A DNA stretch of 53,639 nucleotides from an uncultured Gammaproteobacteria bacterium (GTDB lineage Bacteria; Patescibacteriota; Microgenomatia; UBA12405), in NCBI GenBank assembly GCA_964516665.1, contig CAZEXG010000002.1, positions 1-53,639 on the forward strand, given 5' to 3'. Both the position numbers and the translations under genes were made by a program. A model generated the notes under the pieces. The model did no database searches. It was given only the letters and a program-made list of their open reading frames with translations, and was not told the origin of the DNA. Positions within the stretch are counted from its first letter, which is position 1; each line of letters begins with the position of its first letter. Shown here piece by piece: positions 45,305 through 53,343 of the stretch.

Positions 45305-45624
45305 TGTCTTGTCATTGTTCTAAAGAATGCGATGCTCACCAGAATAGTAGTTTTGTTTTTGGCCTTATTTTAGGTCTGATTATCGGTGCCGTTGTTGCCA
45401 TTATTATTTATCGGAACAACAAAAGTAAAGTTTTTGAAGATCTAAAAAAACAATTAACTAATTTTTTCGACTCTCTTTTTCCTACTCCAGATAATCATAA
45501 TCCTACTCCTAAAAAATCATCCGCTCCTACCAGAAAAGACGTCACTATTCCCTCAACCCTAATCGCTGCCAAAACTGAGACCAAAACCCCGCCCAAATCC
45601 AAACCCCGGGTCTTCAAAAAATAA
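45304..45624 (+). CDS. Small membrane protein (YtxH-like pattern)
   Basis: 106 aa. GLILGLIIGAVVAIIIY TM segment, then a basic Pro-rich tail. TAATG overlap with the upstream gene. Confidence 0.4.
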   Translation: MSCHCSKECDAHQNSSFVFGLILGLIIGAVVAIIIYRNNKSKVFEDLKKQLTNFFDSLFPTPDNHNPTPKKSSAPTRKDVTIPSTLIAAKTETKTPPKSKPRVFKK

Positions 45625-45654
45625 TTTTCCCTGACCTTATTGTATAATTCCTCT

Positions 45655-47415
45655 ATGAATGCGAGGGAACTTAAACAACTTTTTGTCTCTTTTTTTGTCA
45701 GTAAAAAACATGTCGAAATTCCTTCCGCCTCTCTTCTTCCCGAAAACGATCCCACCACTCTTTTTATCTCCGCGGGCATGCAACCATTGGTACCCTATTT
45801 TACCGGGCAAAAACATCCTGCGGGTAAAAGAGTTGTTGATGTTCAAAAATGTGTTAGAACCGGTGATATTGACGAGGTGGGTGATACCTACCATCATACT
45901 TTTTTTGAAATGCTGGGTAATTGGTCATTGGGTGACTATTTTAAGAAAGAGGCTATTGCCTGGAGTTTTGAATTTTTAACCAAAAAATTAAATCTCCCCA
46001 TCGATCGTTTAGCGGTCACAGTTTTTGCCGGGAGTAAGGATTCACCCAAGGATAGTGATAGTGAAAAATATTGGTTGGATCAAGGAATTCTCCCAGATAG
46101 AATTAAACTTCTGGAAGACAATTGGTGGGGCCCTGCCGGACTTACCGGTCCTTGTGGTCCAGACTCGGAAATGTTTTATTGGACTGGAGAAGGGGAGGCT
46201 CCTCAAGTTTTTGACCCCAAAGATTGTCGTTGGTTAGAAATTTGGAACGATGTTTTTCTTCAGTATTATAAAAAGGCCGATACTACCTTTGAACCTTTAT
46301 CACAAATTAATGTCGATACCGGCATGGGTGTTGAAAGAACCACGGCAGTTTTATCCGGTTTTTCGGATAATTATATGACCGATATTTGGCAACCAATTAT
46401 TAAAAAAATTGAAGAAATCTCTGGTAAAAAATATTCCGACAATTTAGTTGCTATGAGAATTATTGCCGATCATATTAGAGCCTCTGTCTTTATTGTCGCC
46501 GACGGTCTTGAGCCTTCCAATAAAGAGGCTGGTTACGTCCTTCGCCGTCTTATTCGCCGGGCTATTAGACAAGGAAAAATTATTGGCATTGAAAATAATT
46601 TTCTAAAAATTATTGCCCTTGCCTTTTTGGATAATCAAGACAATTATGCCGGAATTTATCCCGAATTAAACAATAATCGAGATCATATTTTAGAAATTCT
46701 CGACACTGAAGAAACTAAATTTCGTCGTACCCTCGATAAAGGTCTCAATGAAATTACAAAATTAATCGATCGTCAAAAAAGCCTTTCCGGCAAAGAGGCT
46801 TTTGATCTCTACCAATCTTTCGGTTTTCCTGTCGAAATGATCGATGAAGAATTAAAAAAGAATAATCTAACCTTAGATTTAGCTGAATTTAATCGTCTCA
46901 AAGATGAACATATTAAACAGTCACAGACTCTTTCTGCTGGCAAATTCAAATCCGGTCTAGCTGATCACAGTGAAATTATCACTAAATATCACACCACCAC
47001 TCATCTTTTGCACGCTGCTCTAAGAAATATTTTAGGTGAACATGTCCAGCAATCCGGTTCCAATATTACCGCTGAGAGATTACGTTTCGACTTTTCTCAT
47101 CCTGAAAAAGTTACTGATGCTCAACTTAAACAGATTACTGAAATTGTTAATCAACAAATTTCTTTAAAATTACCAGTCACTGTCGAATCTATGAAGTTCA
47201 CCGATGCTAAAAATTCCGGTGCCTTAGCCTTTTTTGGCGCTAAATATCCGGAAATTGTTACTGTATATACCATCGGGGATCCTCAAAATTATTTTTCCAA
47301 AGAAGTCTGTACCGGCCCTCATGTTGAAAATACCGGTATTTTAGGTAAATTTGAAATCCTCAAAGAAGAATCAGCCGGCTCCGGTAAACGCCGGATTTAT
47401 GCTATCCTTAAATGA
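45655..47415 (+). CDS. alaS: Alanyl-tRNA synthetase, short form ending after the editing domain (no C-Ala/DHHA1 domain)
   Basis: FISAGMQPLVPYF, WGPAGLTGPCGPDSE, the editing-domain HTTTHLLHAAL motif, ending ...SGKRRIYAILK. Start placed at ATG 45655 (MNARELKQLF). Confidence 0.92.
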   Translation: MNARELKQLFVSFFVSKKHVEIPSASLLPENDPTTLFISAGMQPLVPYFTGQKHPAGKRVVDVQKCVRTGDIDEVGDTYHHTFFEMLGNWSLGDYFKKEAIAWSFEFLTKKLNLPIDRLAVTVFAGSKDSPKDSDSEKYWLDQGILPDRIKLLEDNWWGPAGLTGPCGPDSEMFYWTGEGEAPQVFDPKDCRWLEIWNDVFLQYYKKADTTFEPLSQINVDTGMGVERTTAVLSGFSDNYMTDIWQPIIKKIEEISGKKYSDNLVAMRIIADHIRASVFIVADGLEPSNKEAGYVLRRLIRRAIRQGKIIGIENNFLKIIALAFLDNQDNYAGIYPELNNNRDHILEILDTEETKFRRTLDKGLNEITKLIDRQKSLSGKEAFDLYQSFGFPVEMIDEELKKNNLTLDLAEFNRLKDEHIKQSQTLSAGKFKSGLADHSEIITKYHTTTHLLHAALRNILGEHVQQSGSNITAERLRFDFSHPEKVTDAQLKQITEIVNQQISLKLPVTVESMKFTDAKNSGALAFFGAKYPEIVTVYTIGDPQNYFSKEVCTGPHVENTGILGKFEILKEESAGSGKRRIYAILK

Positions 47416-49505
47416 TGGAGGCGTCCTATTATTGGCTCATTTCTATAACTACCGAGGCTATTACTGTCGGCCTAATCAAGCGTGATTCGCCTGATCAGCT
47501 TTTATCTCTCGGTCCCGAAACCGCTTGGGAATCCGGTTCCGAAGATTCTTTCCTTCATTCGGTTGATATTTCCCTTTCGGAAGCCGCTCAAAAAGCCGCT
47601 TTAGACCCGGAAATGGAGCCAGAAAGTACCGCTTTTATTCTCCCTCCCAAATGGATAGGTAACGACGGTAAAATCAACTCCAACTACCTCAAACTTCTGG
47701 AAACTTTGTGTCATTCTCTAAAATTAAAACCTCTTGGTTTTATCAGCAATGACGAGGCTTTTATCGAATCCGTTAGCCAAAAAGATTCTTTCCCTTCCAG
47801 TTTTATTTTGCTTTATTTGGGTCAGCACGAGTTTTCCCTTTCTTTAATTTATTTAGGCGAAGTAAAAAAACGCTATTACCAGAATTTAGAGAATGATTTC
47901 ACTCCTGAAGATTTAGAAAATGCCTTAGTTACCATTCGTTTGGATTCCGCCCTCCCACCGCGCATTCTACTTTTTGGTCATCTTTCTCCCTCTTTGGTCG
48001 ACGACATTAAAAATTATTCCTGGATTGGTAAAAAAAGCGTCGAAACTTTCCTTCATCTTCCTGACGTTGAAGTTTATCAACCTGAAGATCTTTTCAATCT
48101 TTACTGTAGAACCGTCGCTTCTCAATTATCTCCCTCTTTAAGCACTTCTCCCTCTCCTTCTCTTCCCAATCAGGAAATTACTGAGGCAGAAACGGATACT
48201 GAAGCCGCCACTAATCCCGAGCCAATTATCACTGAAGCTCCAATTAACGAAGTCTCTTCTGAAGATTTAGGTTTTACCGAAATTGTCGATACCCCACTGC
48301 CACCGCCACCGGCGCCAAAAGCGCCTCTTGCCTTACCAAAAATCAAATTGCCTTCTTTCAGTTTGCCAAAACTTTCCTTACCCCACATTCATTTTAAATC
48401 AATTTACGCCATTCCTTTGGGTCTTTTCCCACTTTTATTTTTATTACCTTATTACCTCATCTCCTCAGAACTCACTATAAATTACACCCCCATTGAATTT
48501 GATCAAAATTTTAATGTTACTCTGGATTCCACTATTTCCGACCCCTCAAGCACCAAAATTCCTGTTCTTAAAAAAACCTATGATCTCAGTTTTACTGAAT
48601 CATTGCCCGCCTCCGGTCAAAAGGAAACCGGTGACAAGTCCAAAGGAGAAATCACCATTTTTAACAAGTCAGACAAAATTCAAAATGTAGCCAAAGGGGC
48701 TATCTTACTGGACTCTGCCGGTAAAAAATATGAGTTATTAACCTCAGTCCAGGCTCCTGCCAGTACTTTTAATCTCGGCACCGGTACCATCACTATGGGC
48801 CAAACCAAAACCAATATTATCGCTGCCGACATTGGTCCCGAATTCAATCAAAACAAAGACGCCCAATTTTCATTTAAAGATAACGCCAATCTGTTGGCAA
48901 AAGTAAATGATTCTATCACCGGTGGTACCCGGCGCCAGGTTCAGGTGGTTTCTGCTCAGGACAAACAGGATTTAGCCAAACAGGTCGAAACTTCTATTCA
49001 AAACCAAATTGCCGAAAAAAATAAAAATATAGGTGCTGACATTTTTGCCAGTACCAGTAATCTCGACCACAAGCGTTTAGACTACAATCGCGAAGTCGGG
49101 GAAGAATCAGACACCCTCTCGGTTAAAGTTGATATTACCGTTTCCCAGTTCCAAATCGATCAGGCTAAAAAAGAAGCAGTTTTGACTACTCTTTTTTCCG
49201 GAAATAATAATTTCTCCCAATCTACCTCCTCCCTTTCTGATTTTTCCTTCACTTTTTCTGCCGATACCACTGATTCCCAGAAATCTACCGGAAAACTAAG
49301 TATTAAGGGCCGTTCCTTACCTAAGGTTGATATTGATCTTCTTCGTCGTCAACTTGCCGGCAAATCACTGGCTAATGCCAAAAAGCTAATAATTTCCCAG
49401 CCAAAAGTATACAATTACGACATTAAAATTATGCCTTCTCTCTTTAGCTTTATTGGTCGTTTACCTCCGACCCCAGAGAAAATTACTATCATCCAAAAAT
49501 ACTAA
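47412..49505 (+). CDS. Hypothetical 697-aa bitopic protein: cytoplasmic actin-fold-like N-domain, Pro-rich linker, TM, and an extracytoplasmic beta-rich domain
   Basis: ATGA overlap with the alaS stop. N-terminal strand pattern YWLISITTEAITVGLI ... LKLKPLGFISNDEAF ... FILLYLGQHEFSLSLIYLGEV resembles FtsA/PilM-type ATPase cores. TM segment IYAIPLGLFPLLFLLPYYLI. The C-terminal part (GEITIFNKSDK...) is only loosely baseplate-J-like. Confidence 0.6.
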   Translation: MMEASYYWLISITTEAITVGLIKRDSPDQLLSLGPETAWESGSEDSFLHSVDISLSEAAQKAALDPEMEPESTAFILPPKWIGNDGKINSNYLKLLETLCHSLKLKPLGFISNDEAFIESVSQKDSFPSSFILLYLGQHEFSLSLIYLGEVKKRYYQNLENDFTPEDLENALVTIRLDSALPPRILLFGHLSPSLVDDIKNYSWIGKKSVETFLHLPDVEVYQPEDLFNLYCRTVASQLSPSLSTSPSPSLPNQEITEAETDTEAATNPEPIITEAPINEVSSEDLGFTEIVDTPLPPPPAPKAPLALPKIKLPSFSLPKLSLPHIHFKSIYAIPLGLFPLLFLLPYYLISSELTINYTPIEFDQNFNVTLDSTISDPSSTKIPVLKKTYDLSFTESLPASGQKETGDKSKGEITIFNKSDKIQNVAKGAILLDSAGKKYELLTSVQAPASTFNLGTGTITMGQTKTNIIAADIGPEFNQNKDAQFSFKDNANLLAKVNDSITGGTRRQVQVVSAQDKQDLAKQVETSIQNQIAEKNKNIGADIFASTSNLDHKRLDYNREVGEESDTLSVKVDITVSQFQIDQAKKEAVLTTLFSGNNNFSQSTSSLSDFSFTFSADTTDSQKSTGKLSIKGRSLPKVDIDLLRRQLAGKSLANAKKLIISQPKVYNYDIKIMPSLFSFIGRLPPTPEKITIIQKY

Positions 49506-49506
49506 T

Positions 49507-50235
49507 ATGTCCTATATCTACGTTAAAAACGTACCTAAGCCCCGTCGTAATCTTCCCCGCCTAGCACCCAAATATAAACGGGCTTTAGCGCTTTTTTTTA
49601 TGCTCTCAGGAATTACTCTCTTCCTTTCTGTTGTTTTTCCTATTCTCCATTTCCAAGTAGAATATTCCTCAAAATTTAATCAAATTTTAAGTCCTCTTTC
49701 TTCCCATTTTGATCGCTCTGACTCTGTTTTAGGTGCCCTGAGTAGTCAGGATTACACCCAACTTTCCAACTGGTTTGTTAGTGGTACCGACACCACCTTG
49801 CCTTCAAATAGCGATTCTCTTGCCAGTATTTATCAACTTTCTGTTCCTAAACTAAACATTAATGATGCCACTGTTATCGTTGGTAGTAGTGACCTTAAAA
49901 AAAGTCTGATTCAATATCCTCAAACCGCTCTTCCGGGACAACTTGGCAGTCCGGTTATTTTTGGCCACTCGGTTTTACCCCAGTTTTTTAACCCCAAGTC
50001 ATATTTAACTATTTTTTCTACTCTCTATAAACTAAAAACCGGTGATGAAATTTATGTTAATTTTGACCGGGTCAGCTATAAATATTTGGTTTCCGATATG
50101 TACGAAGTTCAACCCACCGATCTTTCCGTCTTAGAACAACATTTTGATGGTCGTTATCTTACCTTGATTACCTGTTCTCCCCCCGGAACTTATCTTCGCC
50201 GTTTAGTAATTAAAGCCCAACTTACCGACATATGA
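49507..50235 (+). CDS. Sortase (transpeptidase)
   Basis: N-terminal TM segment, catalytic His (VIFGHSV), TLITC active-site motif and a conserved Arg (YLRRLVI). Start placed at ATG 49507, 1 nt after the upstream stop. Confidence 0.8.
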   Translation: MSYIYVKNVPKPRRNLPRLAPKYKRALALFFMLSGITLFLSVVFPILHFQVEYSSKFNQILSPLSSHFDRSDSVLGALSSQDYTQLSNWFVSGTDTTLPSNSDSLASIYQLSVPKLNINDATVIVGSSDLKKSLIQYPQTALPGQLGSPVIFGHSVLPQFFNPKSYLTIFSTLYKLKTGDEIYVNFDRVSYKYLVSDMYEVQPTDLSVLEQHFDGRYLTLITCSPPGTYLRRLVIKAQLTDI

Positions 50236-50603
50236 ATTGCCTCGCTATCGACTACGGCAGCAAAAGAATTGGTTTAGCCTATTCCATTGATAGCTTAATT
50301 TCTACCTTACCCATGGTAAAAAACGATAAACATCTCATCACTACTCTCCAGCAATTAATTATTGACCATAAGATAGGTAAAATTTATGTAGGTATCTCCG
50401 AGGGTAACTTTGCCATTGTCACTCAAAAATTTGTGGACTACCTTCGCTCCGTGGTAAAATTACCTATCGAAACAGTGGAAGAAGCCATCAGTACTTTGGA
50501 GGCAGAAGACATTTTTCGAGACAATAAAAAAAAGTCGAAAGATTACAAAAAAAAGATCGACTCCATCGCTGCAGCTGTAATCCTGAACCGAGTTATAAAT
50601 TAA
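50232..50603 (+). CDS. ruvX: YqgF/RuvX-family putative pre-16S rRNA nuclease / Holliday junction resolvase-like protein
   Basis: MNCLAIDYGSKRIGLAYS, 123 aa. ATGA overlap with the sortase stop. Confidence 0.85.
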   Translation: MNCLAIDYGSKRIGLAYSIDSLISTLPMVKNDKHLITTLQQLIIDHKIGKIYVGISEGNFAIVTQKFVDYLRSVVKLPIETVEEAISTLEAEDIFRDNKKKSKDYKKKIDSIAAAVILNRVIN

Positions 50604-50611
50604 ATAAAAAA

Positions 50612-50809
50612 ATGATTAAAGATCTCATCGCCCCTATTCAGGCTTGGCTTCTCTCCCAGCGTCGTTGTGTTGGTTGTGGCGAAAATTTAGTTAAAGGTGA
50701 ACGTCGTCAAATTCGTGGTCAAACTACCGTTACTTGTCGCTGTCGCCGCATTTTTATTCACGATTCCAAGAAAAACACTTACCGTCGCGCCCTTTTTAAC
50801 GAAATCTGA
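50612..50809 (+). CDS. Small zinc-ribbon-like protein
   Basis: 65 aa with CVGCG....CRCRR. Its stop overlaps the mltG start (TGATG). Confidence 0.45.
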   Translation: MIKDLIAPIQAWLLSQRRCVGCGENLVKGERRQIRGQTTVTCRCRRIFIHDSKKNTYRRALFNEI

Positions 50810-51732
50810 TGAAAAAATTTCTTCTGCTTTTTCTTTTCCTCCTCATCCTAGTTCCGGGGCTGATCTTTTATTTCTCTCTCTCTGCCCCTACCACCAATAC
50901 TTCTAAAAAAATTTTTGTCATCAAAAGTGGCGAGAACCTTATGGAGATTGCTTCCCGCCTTGAAGCCGCTAATTTTATCCGCAGCCGTTATTCTTTTGTT
51001 ATTTATTCCTATTATTTGGGCTTAAGTCCAAGAATCCAGGCAGGCAATTATTATCTGAGTAGCTCTCAATCTTTGCCTGATTTAATCAAAAAAATTGCCG
51101 AAGGTGGCAGTACTGATTATTGGTTTAAGATTATTCCCGGTACCAGGCTGGAACAATTTTCTCCCGATTCTGAATTTAGCGCCGCTGCTAAAAAATTCGA
51201 AGGCCAACTTTTTCCTGACAGTTATCTCATTCCGGAAAATTATTCTTCTTCTCAAATTATCTCCATTATTACCAATAATTTTGAAAACAAACTTGCTGAA
51301 GCTAAAGTCTCGGCCACTACCAAACTTAATGATTCTCAAAGCCTAATCTTAGCCTCTCTTCTAGAACGCGAGGGTAAAAATTTAGCTGAAAAGAAAAATA
51401 TCGCTGGAATTTTACTCAACCGCCTCAATTCCCAAATGCCTCTTCAACTTGATGCCAGTGTTCAATATGCCCGTGATTCGCTTCATCATCCCGACACTTA
51501 TTGGCAGCCTTTATCCAAAGGGGATTTAAACATAGTTTCTCCCTATAATACCTATAAAAATCGTGGTCTTCCTCCTTCTCCAATCTGTAATCCAGGTTTC
51601 GATTCACTTACTGCTGCTTATCATCCTACTGATAATGATTATGTCTATTACCTCCACGACAACTCTGGTCAAATTCACTATGCCAAAACCCTTGCCGAGC
51701 ACAACGCTAACGTGGCTAAATACCTCAGATAA
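50809..51732 (+). CDS. mltG: Endolytic murein transglycosylase MltG (YceG family)
   Basis: N-terminal TM segment, a LysM-like region, ILASLLEREG (catalytic Glu region) and SPYNTYKNRGLPPSPICNPG. Confidence 0.88.
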   Translation: MKKFLLLFLFLLILVPGLIFYFSLSAPTTNTSKKIFVIKSGENLMEIASRLEAANFIRSRYSFVIYSYYLGLSPRIQAGNYYLSSSQSLPDLIKKIAEGGSTDYWFKIIPGTRLEQFSPDSEFSAAAKKFEGQLFPDSYLIPENYSSSQIISIITNNFENKLAEAKVSATTKLNDSQSLILASLLEREGKNLAEKKNIAGILLNRLNSQMPLQLDASVQYARDSLHHPDTYWQPLSKGDLNIVSPYNTYKNRGLPPSPICNPGFDSLTAAYHPTDNDYVYYLHDNSGQIHYAKTLAEHNANVAKYLR

Positions 51733-51734
51733 AC

Positions 51735-52793
51735 TTATTTTTTATTTACTATCTCGTTTAAGACTTGCCATCTCCTCTTCTTTTCATTCATTGGAATCTC
51801 GTCTTTATACAATTTTGCCGACACCGTTCCTCGCCGTGGCGAGTATTTATTGAGATAGGCGATTTCAAACCCAACTTTTTCACAGACTTCTACTGTATTT
51901 TGAAAAGCAGTCTCATCCTCGCCCGGAAAGCCGATGATAATATCTGTCGAAAATCTAACTTCAGGAATTTTAGATTTAATTTTTTCGACCAATTCCAAAT
52001 ATTCCTCTTTGCTGTAACCCCGATTCATCCGCTTTAAAATTTCGTTATCTCCTGCCTGAAAAGGGAGGTGTAATAAACGATCAATATTTGGATATTTTGC
52101 AATTGTTTCAATCAGTTCGTCCGAGAAATCCCAGGGATTGCTACTGACAAAGGAAATTTTTTCCAACGGTTTTTTAGCCACCATCTCCAATAATTTTGGA
52201 AAGGCACTTTTTATTCTTTTTTTACCCATATTAACCACCGACTCTTCACTAAAATCTGCCCCATAACTGTTTACATTTTGCCCAATTAAAACTACTTCTT
52301 TGAAACCATTTTCTATTGCCTTATCCACTTCTTTTAAAATATCATCCATTTTTCGGGAAATTTCTTTACCTCTGGAATAGGGGACAATACAGTAGGAACA
52401 AAAATTATTACAGCCGGAACTGATGGTAATCAAGGCCGCTTTCTTTTTATTTCTTAAAGGTTCCAATTCAAAACTTATCTCACTGATTGGGTGCATCTCA
52501 TCAACTCCCTTAACTTTCTTTTTACTGATTGGAACCAGACATCCGGTTAAAATAATTTTTTTTGCCCCAATCTTATCTGCTTCCCATTTTCTGATTCTGT
52601 CTATCAAGCCATAAACCCGATTTTCTGCTGATTCCCGAATCACACAGCTGTTAATTATAACCGTATCTGCCTCTTTCCAATTATCCACCAAAACATCACC
52701 TTTTTCGGCAAAAAAAGCTTTTATCCTTTCCGAATCTGCTTCGTTTTGAGCGCAACCAAAAGTTTTAATATAAATTTTTTTATTTTTTGACAC
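51735..52793 (-). CDS. MiaB/RimO-family radical-SAM methylthiotransferase, no TRAM domain
   Basis: The UPF0004 N-domain has 3 Cys (FGCAQN, INSCVIRE, TGCL). Radical-SAM motif CNNFCSYC. The 352-aa protein ends right after the radical-SAM core. Confidence 0.85.
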   Translation of the reverse strand: MSKNKKIYIKTFGCAQNEADSERIKAFFAEKGDVLVDNWKEADTVIINSCVIRESAENRVYGLIDRIRKWEADKIGAKKIILTGCLVPISKKKVKGVDEMHPISEISFELEPLRNKKKAALITISSGCNNFCSYCIVPYSRGKEISRKMDDILKEVDKAIENGFKEVVLIGQNVNSYGADFSEESVVNMGKKRIKSAFPKLLEMVAKKPLEKISFVSSNPWDFSDELIETIAKYPNIDRLLHLPFQAGDNEILKRMNRGYSKEEYLELVEKIKSKIPEVRFSTDIIIGFPGEDETAFQNTVEVCEKVGFEIAYLNKYSPRRGTVSAKLYKDEIPMNEKKRRWQVLNEIVNKK

Positions 52794-53283
52794 GAATCAT
52801 TTTACCACCCTTTACTATCCCTCCAATTCCCGCCGCCAGAGCCAATATCCCCGGCCAAATTATACCTGCTGCTGGTAAAGTCTCCCTTCCGCTATCACCG
52901 TTGACTGTTTCCCAGTTAACATTATTAACACCTGTAGTTAGGGTAAAATTAATATTAGATCCACTGCTAGATAGTTTTACTTGATGATCGCCATCTTCTA
53001 ATCCCGCCGCAGCATAGCTCCAATTGCCCGAACTGTCCGCCGTTGTCGTATTTTCACTTCCATCAATTGAAATACTGACACTTGCTCTCGGACTGGCCTC
53101 GCCGATAAAAGTTACTTGAGAACCACTGTACCACCATTGGGAAATTTGTCGGCCACTGGTATCCACTGAACCAATTGATTTCAAGTTAAAAGTTCCTGCT
53201 AGCACTGCTTTTGGACTCAAAAAACAAAATGTAAATAAAAATACCGCCGTCCATATTTTTCTACTCATGATAATTAATATCAT
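52780..53283 (-). CDS. Surface protein with a signal peptide, an Ig-like beta domain and a C-terminal LPAAG sorting signal
   Basis: N-terminal hydrophobic signal (alternative start M6 at 53268). The C-terminus has LPAAG, then the hydrophobic IIWPGILALAAGIGGIV, then the basic KGGKMIRVKK. Confidence 0.6.
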   Translation of the reverse strand: MILIIMSRKIWTAVFLFTFCFLSPKAVLAGTFNLKSIGSVDTSGRQISQWWYSGSQVTFIGEASPRASVSISIDGSENTTTADSSGNWSYAAAGLEDGDHQVKLSSSGSNINFTLTTGVNNVNWETVNGDSGRETLPAAGIIWPGILALAAGIGGIVKGGKMIRVKK

Positions 53284-53308
53284 AGGTGATTTTTTAAAAA
53301 CATCAATG

Positions 53309-53337
53309 TTGCACCCCTTAGTAAAAAATGAGAATAT
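53309..53337 (+). promoter_or_regulatory. Promoter-like TTGCAC-N17-GAATAT (with upstream TG), 6 nt before ATG 53344
   Basis: Read directly from the sequence. TG lies at 53329-53330, one nt before the hexamer. Confidence 0.4.
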
Positions 53338-53343
53338 TATTCT

